64,000 nt of DNA from an uncultured Pseudomonadota bacterium (GCA_963749075.1 CAVVLJ010000022.1:96001-160000); one strand, 5' to 3'. Counted from the first letter of the stretch, positions 44,825 to 54,915 are shown. The notes: a model not told the origin generated them from the letters alone. Translations and numbers: made by a program.

Positions 44825-45154
44825 CTACTGCAGGGGCGAGTAAGGCTGCGGGATCAGGAAGGAGTTGGAGATCAGGTGCGTAAGGGCGCCTTCCTTCTCA
44901 TGGACCTTGCGCTTCTGCTCGTTCCATTCCGGGTCCTTGTGAAAGGCCGCCCACTTCCTCATCCGGTCGTCCATGCTGTCGAAGGCGAGAATATAGATGA
45001 GGGCGTTCTCGCGCTCGCCCACCGCCACGGTCCAGGCCCCCACGAGCTTCATGCCGTGCCGCGCGAAGCAAGGCACCGCCATCTTATCCATCATTTCCTG
45101 CAGCACGGGAAGCTTGAGCGACAGGCATTCGTAGCGGCGGAGCTCGTAGATCAT
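44825..45154 (-). CDS. NIPSNAP family protein
   Basis: MIYELRRY, WAAFHKDPEW, C-terminal PYSPLQ. Confidence 0.9.
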   Translation of the reverse strand: MIYELRRYECLSLKLPVLQEMMDKMAVPCFARHGMKLVGAWTVAVGERENALIYILAFDSMDDRMRKWAAFHKDPEWNEQKRKVHEKEGALTHLISNSFLIPQPYSPLQ

Positions 45155-45202
45155 CCTCTCAATCTCCCTTTCGTGCGTTCCGGGCGCGGCCGGACGCCAT
45201 CC

Positions 45203-46189
45203 TCAGGCCAGCCTGGGGATGACCTCCTCCGCGAACATCTCCATCTGCTCCAGGCGCTCCGCGAGGCTGTCGCCCGCGACGTGGAGGACGTTGAAGTGGG
45301 TGACGCCCCTGGCCGCGACGGCGGCGATCTTCTCCGAGACCTCCTCCGCCGTGCCGATCCAGTTGTTGGCGATGAGCGTCTCCCAGGAGCCGGCGTATTT
45401 GAGCGAATGGCGGCCCTGGCGGCTCGCGCGATAATCCGCCGCGGCCTTCTCGCCGCTCTTCGCGAGCCGCAGCTGGCCCTCGGCCACGAGATCGATCTCG
45501 GCAGGCGCGCGGCCGTATTTGTCGAGCGCGGGCTTGAGGCCCTCGATCCTCTGCGGCACCACGGCCGCCTGCACCATCATGCCGAGCCCGAAGCGCGCCA
45601 CGCGCTCGAAGGCATCGGGGACCTTGACCGGCACATAGATGGGGAGCGGCGTCTGCAGCGGCTTGGGATTGAGGTTGACCTGGCTGAACTCGACGTATTT
45701 CCCCGCGAAGCTGACGGGCTCCTGCCGCGGCGCCAGCAACAGCTGGAGGGCCGCGATGATCTCGTCCAAGAGGTCGCCGCGGTGCGCCTTGCTCTCGCGC
45801 GGCCGCACGGCGTCGAATTCGTCGCGGCACATGCCGAGCCCGAGGCCGAGCAGCAGGCGTCCGCCGCTCAGCCGATCGAGCGTCGCCGCCTGCTTGGCGA
45901 GGATGATCGGATCGCGGTAGATCGCCAGCAGCACTCCGGTGCCGAGCTTGATCCGCGTGGTGCGCGCGGCGGCATAGGCAAGCGTGATAAGCGGCTCGTA
46001 CCAGTTGGCCGGTGCTTCGTCGGGAATGGCGTAGCAGGGCGTGGGGGTGACGAAATCGGTGCCCCAGACGGCGTCGTAGCCGAGGCGCTCGGCGGCGACC
46101 ACTGTCTCCACGACCTGAGCGGGCTGCGCGAAGTTCACGGGAACGAAGACGCCCTCGCGGCAGGTCGGAAACTCGATGTCGAAGCGCAT
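45203..46189 (-). CDS. LLM-class flavin (possibly F420)-dependent oxidoreductase
   Basis: AERLGYDAVW, AARTTRIKLGTGV, AKQAATLDRLSGGRLLLGLGLG, PKPLQTP. Confidence 0.9.
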   Translation of the reverse strand: MRFDIEFPTCREGVFVPVNFAQPAQVVETVVAAERLGYDAVWGTDFVTPTPCYAIPDEAPANWYEPLITLAYAAARTTRIKLGTGVLLAIYRDPIILAKQAATLDRLSGGRLLLGLGLGMCRDEFDAVRPRESKAHRGDLLDEIIAALQLLLAPRQEPVSFAGKYVEFSQVNLNPKPLQTPLPIYVPVKVPDAFERVARFGLGMMVQAAVVPQRIEGLKPALDKYGRAPAEIDLVAEGQLRLAKSGEKAAADYRASRQGRHSLKYAGSWETLIANNWIGTAEEVSEKIAAVAARGVTHFNVLHVAGDSLAERLEQMEMFAEEVIPRLA

Positions 46190-46547
46190 GCACCCGCTCC
46201 CGCCGGCCAAGCTATCTGTCTCAGACAACGATCCAGCCAATTAAAGACCAATAGCCTTATAATTTAGCACGCGGTTGCACCACGGGCAAGTTCGTTACCT
46301 CAGTTCTGTTACATTCGCCGCTGCCTGTCAGCCGTTCGGGTTGAGCTAACTTGTTATTTTCGTTATATATCAATAGTATATAAACAGAACTCCCGCATGC
46401 ATCTTTCCCGTCTCTACTGCAGAGGCCACACAACCAAATTTCGATCTTGGCTCGCCCACGGCCGTGTGCCAAGATGCCACGAAAAGACCAAACATCAGCC
46501 AAATCTGGCAATTGGTTTCTTAGGCCTCTTACGTGAAGGGAGATCTC

Positions 46548-47624
46548 ATGTCCGCTCAACAACCGAGAAGGTGGTCCCGGCGCCGGCTCTTGCAGGTGGG
46601 CGGGGCCGCGGCGGCGGCGCTCGCGGCACCCCTGCCGCTCCGTGCCCAGTCGAAGCGCCTCGTGTATGCCACCTGGGGCGGGAGCTGGGAGAAGGCGCTG
46701 CGCCAGGCCTGGTTCGACCCCTTCACCAAGAAGACCGGCATCGAGGTGGTGTCCGCCACCGGCAACACCTACGGCAAGCTCCGCGCCATGGTCGAGGCCG
46801 GCAACGTGGAATGGGACGTGATCGAGGCGCAGCCCGATCTGAGCTATATCGGCACCAAGGACAATCTCCTCGAGAAGCTCGACTTCAAAGTCATCGACAC
46901 GCACGACGTCATGCCGGGCGACGACATCGTGACCCCGGTGGCGATCCCGCAAGTCGTCTATTCGAGCGTCCTCTTCTACAACACGAAGACCTTCAGCAAG
47001 GACAATCACCCGCGCACCTGGGCCGAGCTCTGGGACGTGAAGCGCTTCCCCGGCATGCGCCAGCTGCCGACCTTCGCGGTGAGCTCCTCGGCGTTCGACG
47101 GCGCAATGCTGGCGGACGGCGTGCCGCTCAGCGAGCTCTATCGCACGCCGATCGACATCGACCGGGCGCTGCGCACCCTCGACCGCATCCGCGACAACAT
47201 CATCTGGAACACCACCACCTCGCAGAGCGAGCAGTTCATGATGGACGGCCAGGCGGTGACCGGCACCGCCGGCGACGGGCGCGCCTATTCCGCGATCAGC
47301 CATGGGGCGCCGGCCGCCATCGAGTACAACGAGAGCCTGCTCAAGTATTCGGTCATGGCGGTCCCCCGCGGCGCCCCCAACCGCAGCGCCGCCATGGAAT
47401 TCCTCAACTACACCCTCACGCTCGAAGCCCAGGCGGCCATCGGCATGGCGTATAATTACGGCCCGGTCTGCCCCCGCGCCTTCGACCGCATCCCTCCGGA
47501 GCGGGCGAACGTTCTCTCGGGCGGCCCGCAGCAGCAGGGCAAGTTCGGGCGGCGCAATGAGAAATGGTGGGACGAGAACTTCGAGGTCGCCCAGGAGAAA
47601 TTCAACGCCTGGCGCATCCGCTGA
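46548..47624 (+). CDS. Polyamine/opine-type ABC substrate-binding protein (Tat signal)
   Basis: SRRRLL leader; ATWGGSW, LRAMVEAGNVEWDV, LWDVKRFPG. Confidence 0.88.
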   Translation: MSAQQPRRWSRRRLLQVGGAAAAALAAPLPLRAQSKRLVYATWGGSWEKALRQAWFDPFTKKTGIEVVSATGNTYGKLRAMVEAGNVEWDVIEAQPDLSYIGTKDNLLEKLDFKVIDTHDVMPGDDIVTPVAIPQVVYSSVLFYNTKTFSKDNHPRTWAELWDVKRFPGMRQLPTFAVSSSAFDGAMLADGVPLSELYRTPIDIDRALRTLDRIRDNIIWNTTTSQSEQFMMDGQAVTGTAGDGRAYSAISHGAPAAIEYNESLLKYSVMAVPRGAPNRSAAMEFLNYTLTLEAQAAIGMAYNYGPVCPRAFDRIPPERANVLSGGPQQQGKFGRRNEKWWDENFEVAQEKFNAWRIR

Positions 47625-47631
47625 GCGGGCG

Positions 47632-48480
47632 ATGCCGCCGGCCGCCGAGCGGCGCGCGCTCGCGACGGCCCTCCTGCTCCTGCCCGCGGTGGCGCTCCTC
47701 GGCGCCTTCTTCGTCTATCCGCTCGGCAAGCTCATCTCCTTGAGCCTCTTGGGTCCGGGCGAGCCGGTGGCGAGCTACAGCCGACTCGTCGCGAGCTCGC
47801 TCTACCTCCAGGTGCTCACCCGCACGCTCTGGGTTGGTGCCGCGGTGACGGCGCTCTCGCTCCTCATCGGCTATCCCCTCGCGCACCGGCTGGCGACCGC
47901 GAGCCCGCGGGTCAAGGCCGTCCTCCTCGCGCTCATCCTCCTCCCGTTCTGGACCAACCTCCTGGTGCGGAGCTACGGCTGGATGATCCTCCTCAACCCG
48001 AAGGGGGTCATCAACCAGATCCTGATGGGCATCGGCGCCACCACGGCGCCGATCAGCCTCGTCTACAACCTCGTCGGCGTGCTGGTCGGCATGGTGCAGA
48101 TCATGGTGCCCTACATGGTCTTTCCCATTGCCGCCGTGATGTCGCGCATCGACCCGCAGCTGCCCAAGGCGGCGCGCAGCCTGGGCGCCGGCCCGCTCGG
48201 CTCCTTTCTCTGGGTCTATCTGCCCATGACGCTGCCCGGCGTGATGGCAGGCGTGCTCCTCGTCTTCACGCTGAGCGTGGGGTTCTTCGTCATCCCCGCC
48301 ATCCTCGGGGGCCCGCGCGACCTCATGATCGCGCAGCTCATCGAGTACAACGTCAACGGCTCGCTCAATTGGGGCTTCGCCAGCGCGCTCTCGACGGTCC
48401 TCCTCGCCGCCACCTTTGCGCTCTACCTCGCGGCGCAGCGCTGGTTCGGCCTCGGCGCGCTGTGGGGCGCCCTCAGGTGA
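47632..48480 (+). CDS. ABC permease (PotB-like)
   Basis: LPFWTNLLVRSYGW, AARSLGA, PAILGG. Confidence 0.93.
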   Translation: MPPAAERRALATALLLLPAVALLGAFFVYPLGKLISLSLLGPGEPVASYSRLVASSLYLQVLTRTLWVGAAVTALSLLIGYPLAHRLATASPRVKAVLLALILLPFWTNLLVRSYGWMILLNPKGVINQILMGIGATTAPISLVYNLVGVLVGMVQIMVPYMVFPIAAVMSRIDPQLPKAARSLGAGPLGSFLWVYLPMTLPGVMAGVLLVFTLSVGFFVIPAILGGPRDLMIAQLIEYNVNGSLNWGFASALSTVLLAATFALYLAAQRWFGLGALWGALR

Positions 48481-49265
48481 GGCGCTCCCGCATCCCGGCC
48501 GCCGCGGCGAGCGGGAGCTTCATCGCCGGCGTCGGCGCCCTTCTCGTGCTGCCGACGCTGATCGTCATCCCGATGTCGTTCAGTGCGGCGGACATCCTCA
48601 TCTTTCCGCCCATCGGGTTTTCCTTCCGCTGGTACGAGAACTTCTTCTCCGACCCGCAGTGGCGGGCCGCGGCGGTGAACAGCGTGACCATCGCCCTCGG
48701 CACCACGTGCCTCGCCACGGTGCTCGGCGTGCTCGCGGCACTCGGCCTCGCGCGCATCCCGCTCCGCTACCGCGGCGGCCTGACCCTCTTCTTCCTGGCC
48801 CCGGCGGTCGTCCCCACCATCGTCACGGCGATCGCCACCTATCAGGCCTTCGCGCGGATGGGCCTGAGCGGCACGATCGGCGGAGTGATCCTCGGCCACA
48901 CCATCCTGGCGCTGCCCTTCGTCGTGCTCTACGTCTCGGCCGTCCTCCAGCGCGTGGACTGGCGTCTCGTGCACGCCGCGCGCAGCCTGGGTGCCACGCC
49001 CGCCCGCGCCCTCTTCCTCGTCACCATCCCGGCCATCATGCCGGGCATCGTGGCGGGAGCGGTCTTCGCCTTCGTGACCTCGTTCGACGAGGTCGTGGTG
49101 GCGCTCTTCCTCTGCGGCACGCGCGCGGTGACCCTGCCGGTCGAGATGTGGAACGGCATCCGCTTCGAGATCAATCCGACCGTCGCGGCGGCGTCGGTGA
49201 TCCTCCTTCTGATCTCCTCCTCGGTGCTCGTGCTGGTCTCGCTCCTGCGGAAGGGCCGCGCGTGA
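48477..49265 (+). CDS. ABC permease (PotC-like)
   Basis: GTGA overlap; FSFRWY, AARSLGA, FVTSFDEVV, TLPV. Confidence 0.93.
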   Translation: MRRSRIPAAAASGSFIAGVGALLVLPTLIVIPMSFSAADILIFPPIGFSFRWYENFFSDPQWRAAAVNSVTIALGTTCLATVLGVLAALGLARIPLRYRGGLTLFFLAPAVVPTIVTAIATYQAFARMGLSGTIGGVILGHTILALPFVVLYVSAVLQRVDWRLVHAARSLGATPARALFLVTIPAIMPGIVAGAVFAFVTSFDEVVVALFLCGTRAVTLPVEMWNGIRFEINPTVAAASVILLLISSSVLVLVSLLRKGRA

Positions 49266-49272
49266 GGGCGCC

Positions 49273-50343
49273 ATGAGCACGTCCGTCGAGCTCGTGGCGC
49301 TCACCAAGCGCTACTCCGGCCAGGCCGCGGTGCGCGATCTCTCGCTCAGGGTCGAGGCCGGCGAGTTCTTCACCCTCCTCGGCTCGAGCGGCTCGGGCAA
49401 GACGACGACGCTCATGATGATCGCCGGCTTCGTCGATCCCGACGCCGGCGAGATCCGCGTCGGCGAGCGCTCGATCCTCGGCCTGCCGCCCGAGCGGCGC
49501 AATCTCGGCGTGGTCTTCCAGAGCTACGCGCTCTTCCCCAACATGACCGCCGCGGAGAACGTCGCCTTCCCGCTGCGCATGCGCGGCATGGACCGGCGGA
49601 TGCGCGGGCAAAAGGTGGCCGAGGCCCTCGGCCTCGTCGATCTCGCGGAGCTGGCGGAGCGCCGCATCGGGCAGCTGAGCGGCGGCCAGCAGCAGCGCGT
49701 GGCGCTCGCCCGGGCGCTCGTCTTCGAGCCGCCGGTGCTGCTCATGGACGAGCCGCTCGGTGCGCTTGACCGCAAGCTCCGCGAGCAGCTCCAGGGCGAG
49801 ATCAAGCGCATCCAGCAGGCGCTCGGCGTGACGGTGATCTACGTCACCCACGACCAGGACGAGGCGCTGGTGCTGTCCGACCGCATCGCCGTGATGGCGG
49901 GCGGCGAGATCGTGCAGATGGGTCCCGCGGCCGAGGTCTACGAGAGGCCGAAGAGCCTTTTCGTCGCGCAGTTCCTCGGCGAATCGAACGTCGTCGAGGG
50001 CCGCGTCGTGCGCGCGGCGGGTGGTGGGGTTGAGCTCGAGCTTTCGGGCGGGGCGGGCCTGGTCGTGGCCGCCGCCGCCGCGGCGCTGCCGGCCGGCCCG
50101 GTCCGCCTGATGGTGCGGCCCGAGGCCGTCTCGCTCTCGACGGAGCGCCACGAGGGGCTGAATTCGCTCGCCGGCCAGGTGCGCTCGATCGACTATCTCG
50201 GCGCCTCGATCCGCTACGGGATTTCGACGCGCGCGGGCGGCTTCCTCGCGCGTATGCCGCGCCTCGGTGCGTCCCGGGTCTTCGCGCTCGGCGCCGAGGT
50301 TTTCGTCGAATGGCGCCCCGAGGAGGGCGTGGTGTTCCCGTGA
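49273..50343 (+). CDS. ABC ATP-binding protein (PotA-like)
   Basis: [31 protein letters not shown]-like tail. Confidence 0.95.
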   Translation: MSTSVELVALTKRYSGQAAVRDLSLRVEAGEFFTLLGSSGSGKTTTLMMIAGFVDPDAGEIRVGERSILGLPPERRNLGVVFQSYALFPNMTAAENVAFPLRMRGMDRRMRGQKVAEALGLVDLAELAERRIGQLSGGQQQRVALARALVFEPPVLLMDEPLGALDRKLREQLQGEIKRIQQALGVTVIYVTHDQDEALVLSDRIAVMAGGEIVQMGPAAEVYERPKSLFVAQFLGESNVVEGRVVRAAGGGVELELSGGAGLVVAAAAAALPAGPVRLMVRPEAVSLSTERHEGLNSLAGQVRSIDYLGASIRYGISTRAGGFLARMPRLGASRVFALGAEVFVEWRPEEGVVFP

Positions 50344-50383
50344 GGCGGGCCGAAAGGGCTCTCACAGCAGGAGGAAAGCGACG

Positions 50384-50722
50384 ATGGACAGCGATACGGT
50401 GCTGAGAACGATCCGCTTCGACCCAACCCTCAGGGGCGATCCCGCCACGCGGACGACCTCCAAGCACTATTACAAGGACCCGAGCGGCGTCTTCGTGACC
50501 GGCTTCTGGTCGGCCGAATGGGGCAAGGTCGAGATCAATTACGCCAAGGACGAGTTCTGCGTGATCCTCGAGGGCGAGGTGCGCGTCATCGACGCCTCGG
50601 GCCACGCAGAGACCTATCGCCAGGGCGACAGTTTCGTCATCCCCAACGGCTTCACCGGCTTTTGGGAGACCGTGAAGCCGGTGCGCAAATTCTTCGCGAC
50701 CTACCAGCCGCGCAAGGATTGA
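50384..50722 (+). CDS. Cupin (EutQ/DUF861-like)
   Basis: AGGAGG RBS; GFW...EFCVILEGEV...GDSFVIPNGFTGFWET...RKFF. Confidence 0.88.
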   Translation: MDSDTVLRTIRFDPTLRGDPATRTTSKHYYKDPSGVFVTGFWSAEWGKVEINYAKDEFCVILEGEVRVIDASGHAETYRQGDSFVIPNGFTGFWETVKPVRKFFATYQPRKD

Positions 50723-50735
50723 GCCGCGCCGGGCC

Positions 50736-52331
50736 TCATGGTGTCATGACGTGGAGCACGTTGCCTGCGAGGCCGTAGGCGACCCAGCCGCCCTTGCGGT
50801 CGTCGCCCTCGACGCGGATGACGATCTGGAGCGCCGTGCTCGCGGGGTCGAAGACCTTGTTCCGAGAGAACGTGATGCGGTCGACCTTGCCGCCGGCGAT
50901 CTTGAGGCGCGCGAGCGTCTCAGCCGTGAGCTCGGGCAAGCGGCCGAGGACCGCATCGTCGAGCTCGTCGGCCTCGAAGAACCAATCGTCGCCGTAGCCG
51001 TGCCACAGCGCCGTAGCTGCCCCGCCCGCCGAGCGCTTGAGCTCGCCCGCGTCGTAGGAGAAGAGGCCGAGGGCAGCGGGCTTCTTGGGGTCTTGCGCCG
51101 TGACGAGGAGCATGCTGTCGCGGAAATCGAGCTCCATGAGCTTGGCGTGCGCGCCGAGGCTGCCGCGCACCGCCGCGAGCGCCTCCGCCATCGCCGGTCC
51201 CTCGAGGAGGTTGAGCGGCGGCCGCTTGCTCTCGGGCAGGCGCACGCGCTTGACCTCGCCCTTGCCGTCGAAGTCGACCGTGCCTTTCTCGCCGCGGTCC
51301 TCGACGGTGATCTCCCATTGCATGGTGCTCGTCCCGAACTCGCGGGCCGGCTTCGACACCTCGACGGCATAGAGCGCGCCGCCCGGCATCTCCAGGCGCT
51401 GGCGCGCCGCGGCTTCCAGCTTCACGAGCAGGCTCCAATCCACCTCGCCGACCGCGAAGAGCTCGTTCGCGGGCATGCCCGCGGCCTTGCGCCCGGCCTC
51501 GAGCGGCTCTCTCGGCGATGCGGTGATGCCGTTGAGGTTGGCGTTGTACCAGCGCTCCTTCTTGGCATCCTCGAGGTCGCGGGCGAGGAACCACAGATAG
51601 CCGGTGGCGAAGCGCAGGGTCTCGATGCTCGGCTTCTCCCCCCACAGCTCGCGGATGTCGGCGATGGCCTCCTCGAGGGGCTTGCCGCCGGCAAGCATGT
51701 CGAGCCGCTTGGCGCGGTTGGTGCCGTCGAGATCGAGGCGGCGGACGTTGCCCTTGGCGTCGGCGATCGCCTCCGCCCGCTCGCGCGCGCTCCTCACCTC
51801 GACCGTCCACGTCACCTCGCCGCTGTGCGGCGCCGGGATGAGGGTGAGCTGGCGCTCGATGCGCATGCCGACGACCGCGGCGGGGTCCTCGAGCGCCACG
51901 CGCTTGACGGCGGCCACGCCGAGCTTGGCCGTCGCCGCGATGTTCACCTCGTCGAGGTCGAACAGGTTCTCCTCGAGCCTCGGGTTGATCAGGTCCAATT
52001 CGACGGGCGCCGGCCCGCTGACCTCCTCCCAGCTGAAGGACAAGCCCGCGGCGAGCTGGTGGTTCACGTGCACGAGTGTCCATTTGTCGACGTGCGTCGG
52101 CTGCGCCGGATCCTGGAGCTCGACGGCGAGCTCGTCGTTGCTGATCTCGATATCGAGCGCGCGCACCGGGTGGCCGATCTTGGCCTTGAGGGTGTCGAGC
52201 GCCTGCCGAGCCTCGTCGCCGGCGTAGAGCGGGGGATAGGGCGCATCGAAGCGGCAGGCGCCGAGGAGTGCCAGCGCCGCGGCGAGATAAAGGGCGCGCG
52301 CCGCGCCGCCGCTCAGGCGCGCTTGCAGCAT
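50736..52331 (-). CDS. Hypothetical lipoprotein with three tandem ~165-aa repeats
   Basis: Lipobox LLGAC; three internally similar modules (see findings). Confidence 0.7.
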   Translation of the reverse strand: MLQARLSGGAARALYLAAALALLGACRFDAPYPPLYAGDEARQALDTLKAKIGHPVRALDIEISNDELAVELQDPAQPTHVDKWTLVHVNHQLAAGLSFSWEEVSGPAPVELDLINPRLEENLFDLDEVNIAATAKLGVAAVKRVALEDPAAVVGMRIERQLTLIPAPHSGEVTWTVEVRSARERAEAIADAKGNVRRLDLDGTNRAKRLDMLAGGKPLEEAIADIRELWGEKPSIETLRFATGYLWFLARDLEDAKKERWYNANLNGITASPREPLEAGRKAAGMPANELFAVGEVDWSLLVKLEAAARQRLEMPGGALYAVEVSKPAREFGTSTMQWEITVEDRGEKGTVDFDGKGEVKRVRLPESKRPPLNLLEGPAMAEALAAVRGSLGAHAKLMELDFRDSMLLVTAQDPKKPAALGLFSYDAGELKRSAGGAATALWHGYGDDWFFEADELDDAVLGRLPELTAETLARLKIAGGKVDRITFSRNKVFDPASTALQIVIRVEGDDRKGGWVAYGLAGNVLHVMTP

Positions 52332-52376
52332 GTCCTGCTCAGCCGCCGCGGATGATGCCGGCCATGCGGCACGCCC

Positions 52377-53700
52377 TCAGTCCTCCGCGTCGTCGAGCGC
52401 GCCGGGATTCCCGATCACGTTCCAGCGCCCGCCCACGGCACCGCAGGTGACCGGCACGGCGACGAGGTCGGGGAGATAGTCCGGCCGGTTCTTGACGATG
52501 CTGCCGTTGGCGAAGGCGCGCGTCTGCTTGCCGCCCTCGGCCTCCGAATAGGCGACGGTAACGCCGCCCACGAGCGCCTCGTCCGGCGCCCAGCTGAGCT
52601 TAATCACCTTGACCGGGCGGCCCTCCTCGTCGCGTCCCTGCCAGTGCGCGGCGGTGGGCATGATCGCCTTGCCCACCCCGGGATGGAGCGTGCCGTCGAG
52701 CCCGGCGCCGATCTGGGTGAGCTTGCGCGGGTCCGGGCGATTGGGGCCGTCGAAGTCGAGCGTGGTCCATACTTCCAGATGGTCGCTGCCGATCCACGAG
52801 GCGGGTGCTGCCTGGTCGGGCCGCGGGTCGCGCACCTGCACGACGATGGTGCGCTGGTCGGGCGCCACGAGGCGCAGCTCGACATTGCGCGCGGGATCGG
52901 GGCGGCCGTAGGCGATGAAGGCTCTGCTGGCCTCGAGGCGCGCGGCACAGGTGCCGAGCACGGTGCCGTCGGGGAATGCGCCATTCTTCCGCGTCGGATC
53001 GGCGTTGCCCTCTGCATAGGGGATGTCGATGCCGACGAGGAAGCCGGGCTGGGCCGTCGCCGTCTTGTGCTGGGCCAGAAGCTCGCAGGGATCGTCGGGC
53101 TGCTTCTCCTCGGTCATCTTGGCGTTGTCGATGGCGACCGAGCGCGCCGCGAGGGTGGCGACGTTCGATCCAGCTGAGACTGCCCGAGCCGGTCTCGCTC
53201 GCGCGGAAGCCGCAGCGCTCGATGCTGAGCGTCTTCTGAGGTGCCAACTGGATCGTCACCTTCGTCTGCCAGCGGTCGTTCGAGCCGCCGAGCTGCAGGC
53301 GGCTCATGCGGTTGTCGCCGATCTTGACGGCGTCCATGCCGCGGCCGGCCGAGCCGTAGCCGTCGTTGCACAGCTTGAGAAGGGGCTGCGGCGCTTTGCT
53401 GCCCACGATCAGCCAATATTCGCGGCCGCCGTCATTGTCGCCCTCGCTCTCGCGGCAGCCCTCCTCGGGCGAGTCGTCCGGCTTGTTGGCGAGGCCGAGA
53501 TGCGCCTCCGCGACCACGAGCGGCTCGCCGGCTGGCGACTTCCCCGCCGGCCACAGCTTGGCGATCTCGCAAGCGTGGCGGTCGCCGCAGACGGCAGGCA
53601 TGAAGCGGGCGGCGCCCGCCTCGGCTGCCACGGCCGAGCCCCCCGCTACGGGCAGCGACAGCAAGAGGCCCGCGGCAGCGGCGATGCGGAACGCTCTCAT
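52377..53700 (-). CDS. Exported Cys-rich hypothetical protein, split by one +1 frameshift near 53164
   Basis: Signal peptide MRAFRIAAAAGLLLSLPV...AVAAEA. Removing one base joins ...LSWID to VATLAARSVAIDNAKMTEEK. Motifs LCNDGYGSAG and SDHLEVW. Confidence 0.65.
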
Positions 53701-53806
53701 GAAAAATTGCCTCGCGCGCGGCGATGAACGTCTTGACGCAAAATCAGACGTTTCATGGCCGATGTCAAAAGCTTTCGCCGACGGATTCTTCTCTTGCCGG
53801 CCGGCC

Positions 53807-54136
53807 TCAGTCGCGCAGCGGCCGGCTCGCCACCAGCGGATGATCGGCCGCACTGACATGCTTCGGGCCGGCACCCCCGGGCGCCCCCCAGCCGGTCACC
53901 GCGGCGCTGAAGAAATCCGCATTGGCGGCCTTGTAGGCGACCTCGGCCGCGGGCAGGTCGTCCTCGTCGAAGATGGCGTCGACGGGGCAGACCGAGAGGC
54001 AGAGCCCGCAATTGATGCATTCGGCGGGCTGGATGTACATCATGCGCCCGCCCTCGTAGATGCATTCGACGGGGCACACCGTCTGGCAGGCGCCGTCCTT
54101 CACGTCGATGCAGGCAGAGGCGATGACGTAGCTCAC
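53807..54136 (-). CDS. Ferredoxin (7Fe FdxA-like, actinobacterial style)
   Basis: GTG start; SYVIASACIDVKDGACQTVCPVECIY...ECINCGLCLSVCPVDAIF...GAPGGA...DHPLVA. Confidence 0.88.
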   Translation of the reverse strand: MSYVIASACIDVKDGACQTVCPVECIYEGGRMMYIQPAECINCGLCLSVCPVDAIFDEDDLPAAEVAYKAANADFFSAAVTGWGAPGGAGPKHVSAADHPLVASRPLRD

Positions 54137-54138
54137 GC

Positions 54139-54915
54139 TCAGGCGCCCCGCCATTGCGGTGCGCGCTTCTCCTGGAAGGCGCGCACCCCCTCGTGCTGAT
54201 CGCTCGACTTGAGCGCTGCCACGAGGGCGGGGAGGCGGAGCGACTGGGCCTCCTGCGGCGCAAGGCCGCTTCCCGCCCGCACCGTCTGCTTGATCGCGCG
54301 GATGGAGAGCGGCGCGCAGGCGAGGATGTCCGCGAGCCAGCGTGCGACGGCGGCGTCGATGTATGCGGTCGGCACCACCTCGTTGACGAGCCCGAGCTGC
54401 AAGGCCTCGGTCGCGGAGATGCGCCGGCCGGTCAAAAGCAACCCCATGGCCGCGACATGGGAGATGCGTCGCGGCAGGAGGGTAATGCCGCCCCCGAGCG
54501 GCAAGCGCCCGACGCGCGGCTCCGGCAGGCCGAAGCTCGCGTGCTCGGCGGCGACCACGATGTCGCAGCCGAGCACCATCTCGAAGCCGCCGCCGAGCGC
54601 CAGGCCATTGACGCGGGCGATGACCGGCACGTCGATCTTGTCGTTGAGTGCGATGCCGCCGAAGCCGCCCGGCGGCAAGGCCGCCAGATAGTCGAGGCCG
54701 GTTGGCCCGCCGCTCGCCTTCATGTCGGCGCCGCTCGAGAAGGCGCGCTCGCCCGAGCCCGTGAGCACGACGGCGCGCACGGAGGCGTCCTTCTCGATCT
54801 CCGCCCAGATGCGGACTAGCTCCGCCTCGGTCGCCTCGTCCACGGCGTTGAGGCGCTCCGGGCGGTCGATGGTGACGCGCGCGACGCCGTCCTCGCGCGT
54901 AAAGAGCACGCTCAC
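54139..54915 (-). CDS. Enoyl-CoA hydratase / crotonase family protein (CaiD-like)
   Basis: RPERLNA, FSSGADMK, ALGGGFE, FGLPEPRVG, EGVRAFQEKRAP; both catalytic Glu residues present. Confidence 0.93.
   Translation of the reverse strand: MSVLFTREDGVARVTIDRPERLNAVDEATEAELVRIWAEIEKDASVRAVVLTGSGERAFSSGADMKASGGPTGLDYLAALPPGGFGGIALNDKIDVPVIARVNGLALGGGFEMVLGCDIVVAAEHASFGLPEPRVGRLPLGGGITLLPRRISHVAAMGLLLTGRRISATEALQLGLVNEVVPTAYIDAAVARWLADILACAPLSIRAIKQTVRAGSGLAPQEAQSLRLPALVAALKSSDQHEGVRAFQEKRAPQWRGA

Noticed and set aside
46506-46521. TGGCAATTGGTTTCT as a sigma-54 promoter
   Set aside because: It lacks the required -12 GC dinucleotide.
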